Positions 44,801 to 52,000 of a stretch of DNA of 64,000 nucleotides are shown here, piece by piece. The number at the start of each line of letters is the position of its first letter. The first letter of the stretch is position 1. Origin of the DNA: an uncultured virus (IMG/VR IMGVR_UViG_3300030333_007861) (taxonomy: Duplodnaviria; Heunggongvirae; Uroviricota; Caudoviricetes). The DNA lies in the IMG/VR virus record IMGVR_UViG_3300030333_007861; one strand, given 5' to 3'. Below the pieces are notes generated by a model. That model was not told where the DNA came from and ran no database searches. It worked only from the letters and a program-made list of their open reading frames with translations. Made by a program: the position numbers and the translations under genes.

Positions 44801-46965
44801 CACAAGCGCGAAATGATACACAATCATCAGCGAAGAAATATCACTTTGGGGCATTCTGGCCCGGTGGTTCAAGATTCGGTGCTCAGATGTCTACTCTTAC
44901 GTTGTGGGGCACCGCCGCTCCGGGATGGGGTAAGTATTGGGATAATAGAAGCATCTACAGAGATACTGGTTCTAATGGCACTTCCATGGGTACGGTCGAT
45001 AGTGAAACATTGAGTGACCCAGTCACTGGTAGTGATAATATCAGTAGAAATAGAGGCTTTGGTTATAGATTCGGGATACGTCAACCATTCAATCGACCAC
45101 GTTGGGCTATCTGGTCTACGACATCTTTAGTTGACCCTTACTCCAACATACATGCTGGGTATAAGCCCGGCCCATTCGTGCAGAATGATAGCCAGACTAC
45201 ATCCACTTTCATAGAAGGTAGTAGTAGTAGTAATTCAGGTATTCACTCTACATCCACTGCGACCACTTCTACGTCTTATGTGGGTGTCCTTGAGCGCATC
45301 ACCAACGCAAGTGCTATGGTGGGCTCAGACCTTAAAATACAACAAGTGCGTTATAGTCAAGGGCGTAGGATGACAAGACCTTATGGCTGTGCTGTCAGAA
45401 ACTTCGTCAATACTGATACAGTCTTGAGACATCACCAAGGAGATAGAATAGCAGGTATAATGAGCACTGTTTCTAAACAGCGCAGAAATCTGGCTTTGGC
45501 TATCAGCCACTATGTGATAGATTGGTGGGGTAATACAACAGGTGAGGATGTGAGAAGATTCCCGTTGAGAGGGTTCGGTATAAGACCTGCTTGGGACCCA
45601 GAAGACGCGTATCGTGCTACAGATAGGACGAAGTCAGCCCAAACATTTGACGACCCTGCAAGGCATAAACCATCACGGGCAGAATTAGATTTCTTTGACC
45701 CTGCCACCGCCAAACGTATAGGTGATAGAGGTGATGGTAGAGGTGTACGCTGGCCTACAGTTTTCAACGAAGATGTTCTACAAAGTGTTGATACTGTAAT
45801 GAATCCAACAGGGCACGTTCTTTCACATCATACATCAGAACCAGTATTCGGTAAAGGCCTCATAAGACCGAGTAATTCAGACCTCGCCTCAGATGAATTG
45901 AAGAGAGGTATCAGTAACAGATTAGGAGTGTCTTCAGATGACGGATTACTCAAACCTGAAGGTATGGCGGGCTCTAACATAGAGCGCGCAAAAGATACTT
46001 TTGTCCCTGCTAATGAATTCATCCAAGAGCCGATTTCAAGACTATCCCCTCGTATCGGATTAGATACTATGACCGTGAGTGAATTCAATGATGGTCTGTC
46101 TTCTGAATACGTGGCTATGGCTACAGAGGCCCACAGTCTTCACACTGACAGAGCAATAGGTAGAAGGTACATCATGGCTGCGGGAATCAAAACAGATACT
46201 CGTGCAGTTGCCGATTATGATTTAACGTCATTAGATTTCACTTCTTCATTCAAACAAGTCATGAGACTGAATATGACTCATGGATTATGGCCAATGGGAG
46301 GGACTCTGATACTGGACTTGTTGAATTACATGGAACCTATCAGTGACGCTGGGTGGGGTTCTTCATCTGGGGGGAGTGCTAATCCATATCAGACCAGTAG
46401 TCACAACCCTCTTGCGAGTAGTGGCACCAGAACGAATACCACTGACAAACTGCTCCGTCTGCTTGTGAAGCCCGTGCGTGTTTTAGACCATCGCCATATT
46501 GAGATATTCAGAGACACAAGTCATGCATTATCAGGCACCGCTGCTGGTAGATATGGAGTATTCACATATAGTGCGCCGAATGCAAGAGCGTCCAGTGGTA
46601 GATTTGTGAGAAGCACTAATCCTGCTCCTGATAATCCACCTTATGCTCCTACCTATTTATTCGCAACTTCAGATTATACAACCCCTACAAGTAGTGGGCC
46701 TGTTATTCCCGGTACTGAGGCAAGTGGTTTCTCTGAAAGCCTTAAACAAACAGTTGCGAGAATTATTGTTTCCTCTAATACTCTACAACATTTCAGAGCA
46801 GATGCTGCTCGGAGACAATCAAGAAGGTCAGGAGATGAGGATGTTATCCGAAATGATTACTCAGTACAGCCACGATTCACACAAAGTGTCTATCCCGGCT
46901 CTTATCAGAATACATCGACTCACACAAATGAGTCATCCCATAGCGATAATCAGGTGTCATCATGA
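29884..46965 (+). CDS. Giant (5693 aa) tail/baseplate protein with N-terminal LamG/concanavalin-like domain (start probably ATG 29899)
   Basis: ALFFNGVND...FTVEAWI...LYVNG...FYIGG...F.G.I...LWRFEE LamG pattern; uninterrupted 17-kb ORF with repeated beta modules. Confidence 0.8.
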   Translation: MLGYDMTLVGKTSHALFFNGVNDSVICPQNNFAYTGLKIPGGQRSSQSIIGPGDGHREPDNATGFVLESFTVEAWITPDCGGVVAVKDDLFELRVGQVHAPGPASFTVHIRNEGGGKKSVTCKTAEGNTGILYPTHSGSFITSDNDLSKNTRELLHVVGIFSGEYVLLYVNGDLVASEEVTKGSRAKNNSHDFYIGGRGGQFRGTIESVHWRRGFNESGIRPQPVTRGEDTLGLWRFEEPVEVDSNIFHIKSNASADATTLTLDTTQVQTLYQAISGKSDTFSGTYTVPSLGNYQVLNTVHSGGAQTISIAHTTHNLLINPTSTDINTAEPNNKPPERVRLLSLSDAGTVTVNSVHLDFDTTTDTGARGILHGRTAFDATNNLANDSTMVLIKSDLLIDSGTGKPLQPPGLGSQAIDRTGGMVIDESRNGNHGFIFSRRISVNNSNNPYTVSSANWSVDDRYQSGHTGRHLYTHITGHPYLKFFPTPTEEEVTRTMDGLADDIIVQFDGQSSGIKEQVPINAQVSLFRRAFTGNCASTVTSSSATAVIRNGLTSLDPDRDSIIAIGGSGFDIRPFLLKGHGVDNISNTDDVYNLHLTPETESRVAMLETGDSDFPYVEVHYNAVDLTGDTMGTSGPCLIVEKTVPAGGCLINAKRVASTISSTISSGRTLHAPGGIVIFDEKEVGNASEVLTSHRMVGDNTGGKQYEIELDTSRLPSNYTPQSATDVPQSGPIGVELSIEEPTHPSVYHHAVFQAPVKGKSNPPETTDKFFRRAPASGNRGSVAQSTNAFEVFDIIDNVKQGNEYLFILQPSKRNRTMQLSKVVSKSEDHSDPSFMSLEYLQCRGKVSNIKVTQSDVGRFVILKARGLMEDVASVEAQFTGDGSPDSHLIKELKSDGPVVTVTLGGPGQGAVNTKPTWDPSPISRLGWSTRRDCVVKISNVNSGVAPCEIDIVPLNNESSALASWGSYCFPPRGRIYLESGANAEYHKVTSDGFELYGTTGALGTGIFINADGSEEDRFSDWIAVSDNEISEGELISLDPLFNEASVCNDGTTINDRLFQSIGSVTHDYQLGTQYASTRALVEIPLFPDQFFENRDAGIFPGPDNSMKIHLDATLTAHTWAPNPVGRRCSDLPPADREVMGSYHRRWVDNDDRQGMRVTRVDIAQYRLYIDNMDRMPDSAWVKGLVRYGEHDVRMRRVFRGNGEWALIQEVDRTNGWIEFPQGKTSADFLQGLDTGEVLYFSSSFPHDVPPPIRDDDFALSANREFRRPFYYDRANIQTQGGNIDYGLRQYVSAVEFKAGPKENPHCGRIESGGAVLTLLEHLGSNIYRFEGDMPLAAIPSGHIYEAIHENGESYAVTYVSSTNLDRITVVPYTGLSGSTAITSVLGKLTLKALTKGSASTFEYYIEDSTVNQTWGNGYSPGGLRYGDTVWMNMHYTNPHAVEGLFCKSRGVLNEFLVWNGFNGGRGEVGYQPRDSIPLENFLIGDTCTETAKNFAQHVNKTIAVNWEEMGYSTSAPVVAFIDPYLSTEGHARVLLYDVVHDREFIAFHDLYMQVQSSTMTPQVSGLDVASGFKSQIKTSTGSYGTTASTTHNSGAGTNIGGVVQSAIIDGKVDGNRSRFIEGAYAHKSWFLIDSDSTVGHPSSSQDVRYRGNNAHVDYGKSAVTISFADADGTVDKTVVLVSPDGTSKTYTAKASSSASSLEFDVTSTTADAKALALKEAIEHANGHSGKITVRLSSDDRGSGDNVLELTPQASAGGLSEITVASNLPDAVLFKTPHEGISERNEDSVCSIPSAITKHGDFLLSAESSLIQSSGATRYRFASTFFDTPDGTRAIPAFLCLKGKRTNTLDLSAHSASVATGTEVRLNSLPQWTELDFVRRLPIDLGEVGVVEGVTDIEAAAREVVRLINQAGAPNGRSNLRRPSDQYPGEGERFGITQRGNNTALGSDTSQPIDPTSSHHHADFSVTGSTHDPAPFWDDTAFTSFDRGTHMGYLRAHLGRVVTDSDGNEGFSVVIHSTIPGASGRNFCAWLDNSKGQSLYRPQFLIGHGGRFRNFWCLPNESMGENMHPAPMPINKDGRPFAPITSLHELVPPDEEIDGFLSNTHVGYDSGVNSSSNNSGVTDALSEISTGRSSNTVNDESYEKQGISDVAVEGLRIGTRASARMNFGGIVAAGIPGWAPDAGKWGFGPENNEGRFAKIYSVAGPTEYSAYVPSDDVKTTAIGDSSLYGIRFVDHNGKSHTIRLIYRQEGESFSNDRTILPPSLENEIIIFFDDRDIAQGGFTLGKHMRGSAYPIGPYANGIDAPSWKGNLWRGVRAEENAYAVSVSVSSSDVLTISNLWNDVPTSSSLDALGWLGFPDSGTLLISPSDGASGTSSTHVLHYTGRTHNRASGTHEFHGITGGTLSTIFDAASKKGPTSRGDSISPVLLSPALNQTTILTDEVIAAAVEFAMSITPGGKAQSFDCSEMYASNRKKFKDIMGDGAKTAIRVKTLNDKTKVMPLHTLFEVERLTDWGLYAGCITSAASDGGGTPPADNNHLGGLSRAEIDGGMRLDVGYLPRNILNIRTKYSGTNANTATPLLVDSNNNAVDVSDWKRHLRGELFTRYAGDHILPSIDGPITRVHSIDTSVSGYKTVKIYTDYTMFTFGPLGRYEAWRKNQLSATAADFNNSVDLSFVEKRVIWFDDERWALAQPLSDYNAVDDHYFGIINTEAKDSLSVAADDYVWYWGRGEEARIFDGVRIAGNTYGEPITYFRGAKDSPDHSVPLYFGGGFSGVVLDINDGTPNDYTSVMSHPYSSGPTGCAGLQNVGENMGSYALIDTTAIMAMFPGTHVLDQHRGEGGPPFANVDAILPTDISSDTDTHDPSDTLTKASVYGNVKVTKPIPVVLRFAHPYARYDDSSNEVAYVIFGPGQSVPKHWSGENAANAAASTEPSAKWNVNEVLYTFAYAASGGDGGAFYRGTPSGKYLPNEMSNGNSSLGGADAWLPKSHAYQVANVYPFNVLRHWEPAYGAPNSNFNLTSAVQGSLITNHFGSDGATAGSVYSHPFSFYDFTQISMHGDTDDALSWRVMFHMDGGSPPGGNWFDNAVRKNPPHPTNSNTITGQRTTNIASSAATHSIQLGTNATMFRIGSLALTEYDYDLSESNTPRDVFVVDASRCQNSEELATIISAAINNWPGEGNLKAIGGTFLPSFQDATRQDRYSWTKVGSVASDNYKIHGNSTNGHSYLGITPSGDGSPGKLPESLPAFGWVRLVRTSGSTDPVSLYGFYYGYNASENEIYLSNNFRSTLSGSAVRYLEDPTGSGTGALSANNTDPYDVYVWTQTGNHRWSNGAPETISGEGNYSASTATPPRNTILDALAGTQVHFSGYVDAVDRTRPVGSIGWHGERYSYLNSLKVDRADGEHGVAAGLGAWHPGLGFNPYGPSAQCHSLNSPFYVLTKSTTGSDPVIERYTYAQNGSSCPTGLHARHYVAVSYEGELPIIAKADREGIVLAGDMLDKKWGGGTGGTIVVSHNSRHNNDRFVAEANGGPHVDAQVAYADTNGSLGFDTVFSPPINAYDGYASGTGSVTIAAGKPSATQTITIISTQGVSIQYTAVSGTANAALNQFSVDNNNDDVANSLETAIEHANGHNGAILVSRISNVLTLTQAYAGTAGNTTISSTLSNTTVSNFTGGTNNAAWASSAAAGTAPMESCLFPTGDLFFDKGMNPGVSHYPDDALFSLSEGKASAKIVCVSGTPANYDGGAIVITDSAGTVRTYTWDDDAAPTDTAVVGSGTVRDVRIQGDTTGTLIAGRLKAAIEHSDGHNGTVGVSQLGGTLVLSQSTAGTAGNQTITKSGGGATATVNIAAGKPSATQTIVMVSTDDTSVTYTAVSGTADAGLNQFSIDNNNDDVAASLEAAIEHANGHNGKILVSRSSNILTLTQATAGSAGNNTISSSLSNTTVSGFASGFMGDDVVTITGFAGADTTKVLCSTDNNIALNLDAHDNAFDYWRSKSAARNFFSQHVVWKRMDGGNVCLPAQNARGLGAVPWVYRKVSSSYVKFGETVYGNVRFSFESTNKAMYPIIQAQELSHPQFAERFPHEIKNALDIPNEESQFEEIEVIDDTGQIHTLEGGSPFGTVIRDYELTSNRDVGGLAPALSGSGDSPNLKIQLPDADSIPGDILVRSGFDRLQAYQHETMGTGGLQRPSLPDSVVQSNFDSTNTNPSTGPFWENEGWERIDPRPNNFPDGRVGDMDNENPLATSYEPHDRALYFHVVRQGYTYTEREPLYISSLGVITHDEHTFVSYSGTVLTADSAVDSTVWKQDATPDGRYFLVVNGHVVSYTNVSGSTFTGCVFPPDFSASSGDTIKLSFYVPAGSTRHFAARRLRDHAEVSGESPDKKPITWSSVGNTTCPSTVIRSDRLTPMPIPRMGHHYVTPTMAMMPGHLAHPLYQRIYSSAFGCATTSIDSVEQDEGYTTLDNSRTFHADGTDGLMNNKKGVGINPLMWFSSLTSAHKPSDIHGGAFTLLTETKMRFDGYGIASTDTVNSTGGHRIRLEKGTNYALHWNFPDPLEAGAYQIVIQPNLFAQQFMGNNANESFGATGKPTGTVYPTLTDQQVNTVIALQADGATGFDLILAEATMADIRGCEIIINEVMLDIDPAPGQQFTSVPTLGLYNAFGVNEGTSGAFTRRSLPYRPNMFRKATPGYTLTVPWWAPAIKSSTVYATNPWRKLEHYLPDDYYHFCRSTLGAVGSQITLAGYPTYYIDPYIHTYSSLTPTCTFKKTTTAETSAGSSADGVIAVDNNDLFPLVGRDYWNHKLVITDSSGREHTATYTNRGYSSGTALTNTSRFTGVSGNAAFWSALSDGTTIRLSGAYGTLSPGEVYTKSDRSIATRNLPQLLAGTRDTNSLHSPDAYLCAWHYNLGRPMTYYSDSRTNIGDAAVDKSPYNHLPEHFETVHYHEFVYTMSDGPFDFRARHWSQAGGTIVDPDSFNVSYPPQARNDTQSSAKKYHFGAFWPGGSRFGAQMSTLTLWGTAAPGWGKYWDNRSIYRDTGSNGTSMGTVDSETLSDPVTGSDNISRNRGFGYRFGIRQPFNRPRWAIWSTTSLVDPYSNIHAGYKPGPFVQNDSQTTSTFIEGSSSSNSGIHSTSTATTSTSYVGVLERITNASAMVGSDLKIQQVRYSQGRRMTRPYGCAVRNFVNTDTVLRHHQGDRIAGIMSTVSKQRRNLALAISHYVIDWWGNTTGEDVRRFPLRGFGIRPAWDPEDAYRATDRTKSAQTFDDPARHKPSRAELDFFDPATAKRIGDRGDGRGVRWPTVFNEDVLQSVDTVMNPTGHVLSHHTSEPVFGKGLIRPSNSDLASDELKRGISNRLGVSSDDGLLKPEGMAGSNIERAKDTFVPANEFIQEPISRLSPRIGLDTMTVSEFNDGLSSEYVAMATEAHSLHTDRAIGRRYIMAAGIKTDTRAVADYDLTSLDFTSSFKQVMRLNMTHGLWPMGGTLILDLLNYMEPISDAGWGSSSGGSANPYQTSSHNPLASSGTRTNTTDKLLRLLVKPVRVLDHRHIEIFRDTSHALSGTAAGRYGVFTYSAPNARASSGRFVRSTNPAPDNPPYAPTYLFATSDYTTPTSSGPVIPGTEASGFSESLKQTVARIIVSSNTLQHFRADAARRQSRRSGDEDVIRNDYSVQPRFTQSVYPGSYQNTSTHTNESSHSDNQVSS

Positions 46966-48743
46966 CGTATAGTATAGCAGAGACAGCGAGGACTATTGTC
47001 GAGCCCGGCACGGGCAGGGATGACAATATCAGAAGCGCAGTAGGGAGCATCACAGAGGCGCCAAAATTTGTAGATAATGCTGTCCACCACGCAGTATATG
47101 ATAGAGAGAGTCACACTTCTGGAAGATACCTATCTTTGTCGCGCTTTACAACGAGTGACTTCCAAACAACAAGGGGAGGGAGATACCGATTAATTGAGGA
47201 AGAAAGCGCTGGCCGCGTCACATATCCTGACCGCGCCGGAATTAAAGACGACACAAGTGTATTTTTCAGAGATGGTGTATTGAGTGCAGATTCTACACCA
47301 CCCATGTTACTTTTTGCTGACGACGACCCCTCTGTACGTATCCGCCCTGACCGTGTAGAGGCTGCTAATTTTGGAAATAGATTCATTTTCCAGAACATGC
47401 AAGGTAAAACCCTTGTTGAGAAAGGATTCGAGGCGGAGCATGTTTACACAGGTCAATTAACAAGCGTAGGTCTTCGAACCACTGACCTTGTCCCTCGAAT
47501 CTTGAAAGACCACTTGCATAATTTCAACAGTGTGAGTGTGGGTTTGCCCTTCTCAGGTCCCAGAGCAGGCACAATCAGTTCCCATAAAGGCGCTGATGTT
47601 TCCCGCCACTCAATGAATTTCCTCGCTCAAGATTTCAAATCAGTCGCAGTCCCCAGTGCAATTCGATTCGTGGCACGTCACGACCATTATGCAATCTTCT
47701 TTGATAAATTCGGTAATTTCATCTACGCTCCTGATATCTTCTATGCGACAGATAGGAAAACAGGACCAAATAGAGGTGAAGGTTCAGTAGAAGTAGACCC
47801 AGTTGTGGATGTGGCAAATCGAATAGTTGTGAGAGGGAGTAGTGTAGCAATAAATGATATCATTGAGGCTATTGTCGACGATGCTGAATTACAAAAGAAA
47901 CATGGTGCTGTGAAATCTACCACCGTATCTGACCCCACAGCGGGTACGAAAGCAGGTGCGAGAAAAACAGCCGCTCAACTTCTACGCCTGAATAGAAAAG
48001 CGCAAGAAGCAATCAAGAGCGAAGACCATGCTCAGGTATGGGATATAGGCCCGGGGGATGTAGTTGACTATGAGAATCCTACTACCGGGAACCAAACAAG
48101 ACGAGCAGTAGTAGAAGTAAATCATAGATTGAGAGATGGTAGAAGTAATCTCATGTTACTATCATATGAGAAGGGTATAGAAGGAGTCCTTATGGCATTC
48201 GAAGATGCGAGCGCATTCAACTCAGAAATGGACGCTTCTGATAACACTCAGCAAAGAATCACGTTAGAGAAGTCAGGAGTCGGGAGAGCAAATATCCGCG
48301 TATTTGGTGAGGTCATACGAAGAAATGTATTAAGTAATCTTTCAAGAAACAATAGTGCCGTGACAGGTATAACCATGACAAACAGTGGTAATGATATCCA
48401 CGCTGGTCTCCTTTTGGGACATAGGGGGTATAACGCAGGTGATTCCTCAGCACGTAGTTCTGTAGGTACTGGATTGACTCCCCGATTGACAGGAGGGTCT
48501 TTCTCGTCTACAACTATCACTGTGTCTTCAACTACAGGATTCCCAAGTACTGGCCATTTACTAATCAATGAATCTATACACGCCTCATATACAGGAACTA
48601 CATCCACTACTTTCACAGGAGTTACTGTGAGAGCGCCGAATGGTGCCACTATCGGCTCAAGCGGATTATCTATTCGCCTTCTTCGCCCCCGCTCTCATGA
48701 AATGCGTAAAGTGAAAGGTGGACTTCGTAGGAGGAGAATCTAA
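46962..48743 (+). CDS. Putative baseplate hub (Tal-like) protein
   Basis: FFDKFGNF, VANRIVVRG, IGPGDVV hub-like segments; position in the tail module. Confidence 0.55.
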   Translation: MTYSIAETARTIVEPGTGRDDNIRSAVGSITEAPKFVDNAVHHAVYDRESHTSGRYLSLSRFTTSDFQTTRGGRYRLIEEESAGRVTYPDRAGIKDDTSVFFRDGVLSADSTPPMLLFADDDPSVRIRPDRVEAANFGNRFIFQNMQGKTLVEKGFEAEHVYTGQLTSVGLRTTDLVPRILKDHLHNFNSVSVGLPFSGPRAGTISSHKGADVSRHSMNFLAQDFKSVAVPSAIRFVARHDHYAIFFDKFGNFIYAPDIFYATDRKTGPNRGEGSVEVDPVVDVANRIVVRGSSVAINDIIEAIVDDAELQKKHGAVKSTTVSDPTAGTKAGARKTAAQLLRLNRKAQEAIKSEDHAQVWDIGPGDVVDYENPTTGNQTRRAVVEVNHRLRDGRSNLMLLSYEKGIEGVLMAFEDASAFNSEMDASDNTQQRITLEKSGVGRANIRVFGEVIRRNVLSNLSRNNSAVTGITMTNSGNDIHAGLLLGHRGYNAGDSSARSSVGTGLTPRLTGGSFSSTTITVSSTTGFPSTGHLLINESIHASYTGTTSTTFTGVTVRAPNGATIGSSGLSIRLLRPRSHEMRKVKGGLRRRRI

Positions 48744-49090
48744 TGCCGATGTTAAATGCCATAAAGAGAAGACTTGTAGAACATCTTGCCTCGTTAGTGA
48801 ATGAATTACATATTGGTACAGATGGCACTGCTGCATCTGCCGATGATGGAGGTGCGAGGACAATAGCGTCCGTGACCCCTACTGTTCGTATTATTGACGA
48901 CACAAGCATTCTCGTCGAAGGTTCTTTCAGTACAAGCCATGTGTTTAATGATAATGTGCAAGAGGTCTATCTTCAGTATAAAGACCCGAGCACTGGTGAA
49001 TTCATTCCTGTATATCGCGCAGACATCCAACCTTTCACTAAAGACGCGCAAAATGAAGTCATCTTCTCATTTGTATTGGAGGTTGAATAA
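48743..49090 (+). CDS. Small tail/baseplate protein
   Basis: 115 aa; IGTDGT, VQEV.L and FTKD...I.F pattern seen in tail tip proteins. Confidence 0.55.
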   Translation: MPMLNAIKRRLVEHLASLVNELHIGTDGTAASADDGGARTIASVTPTVRIIDDTSILVEGSFSTSHVFNDNVQEVYLQYKDPSTGEFIPVYRADIQPFTKDAQNEVIFSFVLEVE

Positions 49091-52000
49091 TGACTGACCC
49101 ACTAAGCGGACACACAGCAGCGCAGAATACACTTGGAGCCGATGGGCTTCGTGATGGTGACGCTCTTTCATCACCAACAATGACCAATCTCCTTCAAGGA
49201 GTGCATGGGAATGGTATCCTTCGATTGGAAGATACTGTTCTTGGCTCTACCAGAAATGCAGTGAATAGTCAACCCGGGGCAGTGAGTAGGGCAAGTGCAT
49301 ATACACTTACAATACAAGGAGGATATGTTGTTCTGGATGGTCAGATATACGAGTTCGCAAATGGTCCGGGTAACACAGTCACAATGACAATAGGTAATTC
49401 TTCTCATGGTTCAGGAACCGCTTTAGCGGCATCTGGTGAGCAATCCCTCTATACTATCTACGTGGGCTCTCAAGGAGGTCAATCAAGAACTTATCATGCA
49501 GGTGGGGCCGCTGTAGCCACAGGTCAAGGATTGTACCCAAGTCTTCCTTCCCAATATCTGGTAGATTATGACACTGGTACATCACAAGTGAATGCGCAAG
49601 TTGTGGTGCTCGCCACAGTGCGTTGCGAATACAAAAGCAGTGGTGGGGGCAATCATAAGGTAGATGTGATTGAGATAAATGACAAGCGCACTTTCATTCG
49701 TAATAACCCTCTTTACATGACCCCACTTACAAGTGGAGCACTTACCACAGATGATGGTGGTGTGACAAGTCAAGTACGGCGAAATGCTACAGATGGTGTT
49801 CAATCCGCTGCTGATTTACGCGCTCTTATGGCCAGTAGTGAAACAGGAGATATTGGCACAGTGACGGCCAGTGGCTCAGCCACATTACTTGACGTTTCTG
49901 CTCTTTGGTCTTCTACTGGTAAGAGTGGGACCAGTCTCGGGTTTGGGCCCGGAGACGGTTTAGATAGAGCCGGTAATAGAATGGGAGATGAATTATTTTA
50001 TGCGGGTCAGGAAAACAGCGCTACAGGAACAGTGAGTAGGCGTCTTTTCGGTATGGGAGTATCTGCCCCGAGTTCTGCTATATCGTCAGATGCTTCTTAC
50101 ACAATCACTTCTTACGGTGACGCTTTCTATATGCTGAGCCCAAACGCTGGAGTAACTGTGACACTTAACCCTGAGAAGAGCGGGAGTAACTACCTTTTCC
50201 CAGAAGGGCATATTGTCGAAGTATGTAATGATGGTGATGGTACCATTGAGTTCGATGATTATGGGACAGCATCGGCCACTATAACAGTAGATAATACTGG
50301 AGCGCCCCCTCCGGGTGTCCAGTATATTGGTCAAGGGGACACCATTCAATTAATCTCTACCGCGGGCACTACTGTCACTCTAACAATGGGGGGTCAGGCA
50401 GACTCTACCACTTCAGCCACCACGAGTGGGACCACTCTTGATGCGAAAACACTGGCCTCTGGTAGTTATGCTACCTCTGCGCTTCATGCCACAGCACAAG
50501 CAGTGGAGATTGCGACTGCTATCAATCACCATACAGAATTCACTGCTACCAATTCCAGCAATGTCATCACAGTTACACAGGTCAACCCCGGAAGTTCTGG
50601 TAATACAACTATTACAATAACAGAAATTGGAGCGACTGGTTTCTCCAAAACTAATTTCACTGGTGGTGGGGGTATGGGTGAACTTGTCACTGCTGGGAAG
50701 CGCGCGACTTTCATCTATGAAGGGAGCGTATGGGTTCGCTGTGACTATCAAGCAGCCATCTCTGCTTTGATGACCTCGTTCCAATTAGAGGATGGTGATG
50801 GCACTGAAGTCACAATCAACGACGGTAAAGAAGTAAAATTCGTTGAAGGTGGTGGTGTAGATATCAATTGGACAGACACATCGGATGGAAGTGACTCTGA
50901 CCCATATGATATGACATTCACGTTAGACGTTCATGGTCTCACAGAAGAGGCGATAGCATCTGGTGATTATATCGCATTTTCTGATGAAGGCACTACTGAC
51001 GACCCTACCAGAAGGGAAAGTATAGATGACATCGCTACACTATTTGCAGGTGCTGGTCTAACTGCCTCTTCTGCTGTTATGGCAGTGGGTGCTGGGAATC
51101 TCATAGACGTACAAGCCAATCAAGTAGATGTGGATTTGAGTGAGGCAGCCGCTGCTGTTATGGCAGAGGCAGATGAATTTGTCTTCCTCGATAATGATGA
51201 CAGTAGCGCTGCTAAGAGAGAATCCTTGTCAGACTTACTTGACACGATAGCAGGGACAGTTGGCACTACTGGTTTAGATAGGTCTGGGGCCACATTGGTT
51301 GTTTCAGACCTACACCCCGTTGGTGTCAGTGGTGCTGCTAATCAATTACTTACAGATGATGGGGATGGCACAGTTACTTCTGAAGCCAATCTAACATTCG
51401 ATGGTAGTAACTTACATGTTACTACTTCAGTTTCTAATAGTGCGAGCGTAATTTTTGAAAATACTCACACTGATACTAATGCTGGTCCAATTTTACAATT
51501 GTTTAGGAACCCATCAGATGATGCCGTAACCAGCGGAGATTTGATTGGTAGAGTTGAATTCAAGGGACACTTCTTCGATGGTGCCGACTATGACCAAACA
51601 AAGATTTGGGCCGCTATTAACGCAGAAATAGAGCATTATCAAGGAGATGGGTCGGTGAGATTTGATGTTTTAAGAAATGGTACAGAGACTACCTATCTCA
51701 AAGTAAATGGTAATACACAAGATATTATATTCAACGAAGGAGCAACTTCTGATTTCGATTTCCGTGTGGAAGGCAATAGTGACCCAAATCTATTATTTAC
51801 TGACGGGACAGCAGATGCAGTTGGCATTGGTACAGATGCCCCTAATCAAAAACTCACAGTTGAAGGAACAATAAGTCTCAAAGAACAAGCAGACGCTAAC
51901 GCCGATACTGCGGCGTATGGACAGATTTGGGTCAACACCGCTACACCGAACGAACTCTACTTTACCACAGATGCTGGTGACGACATACAATTAACTTCAG

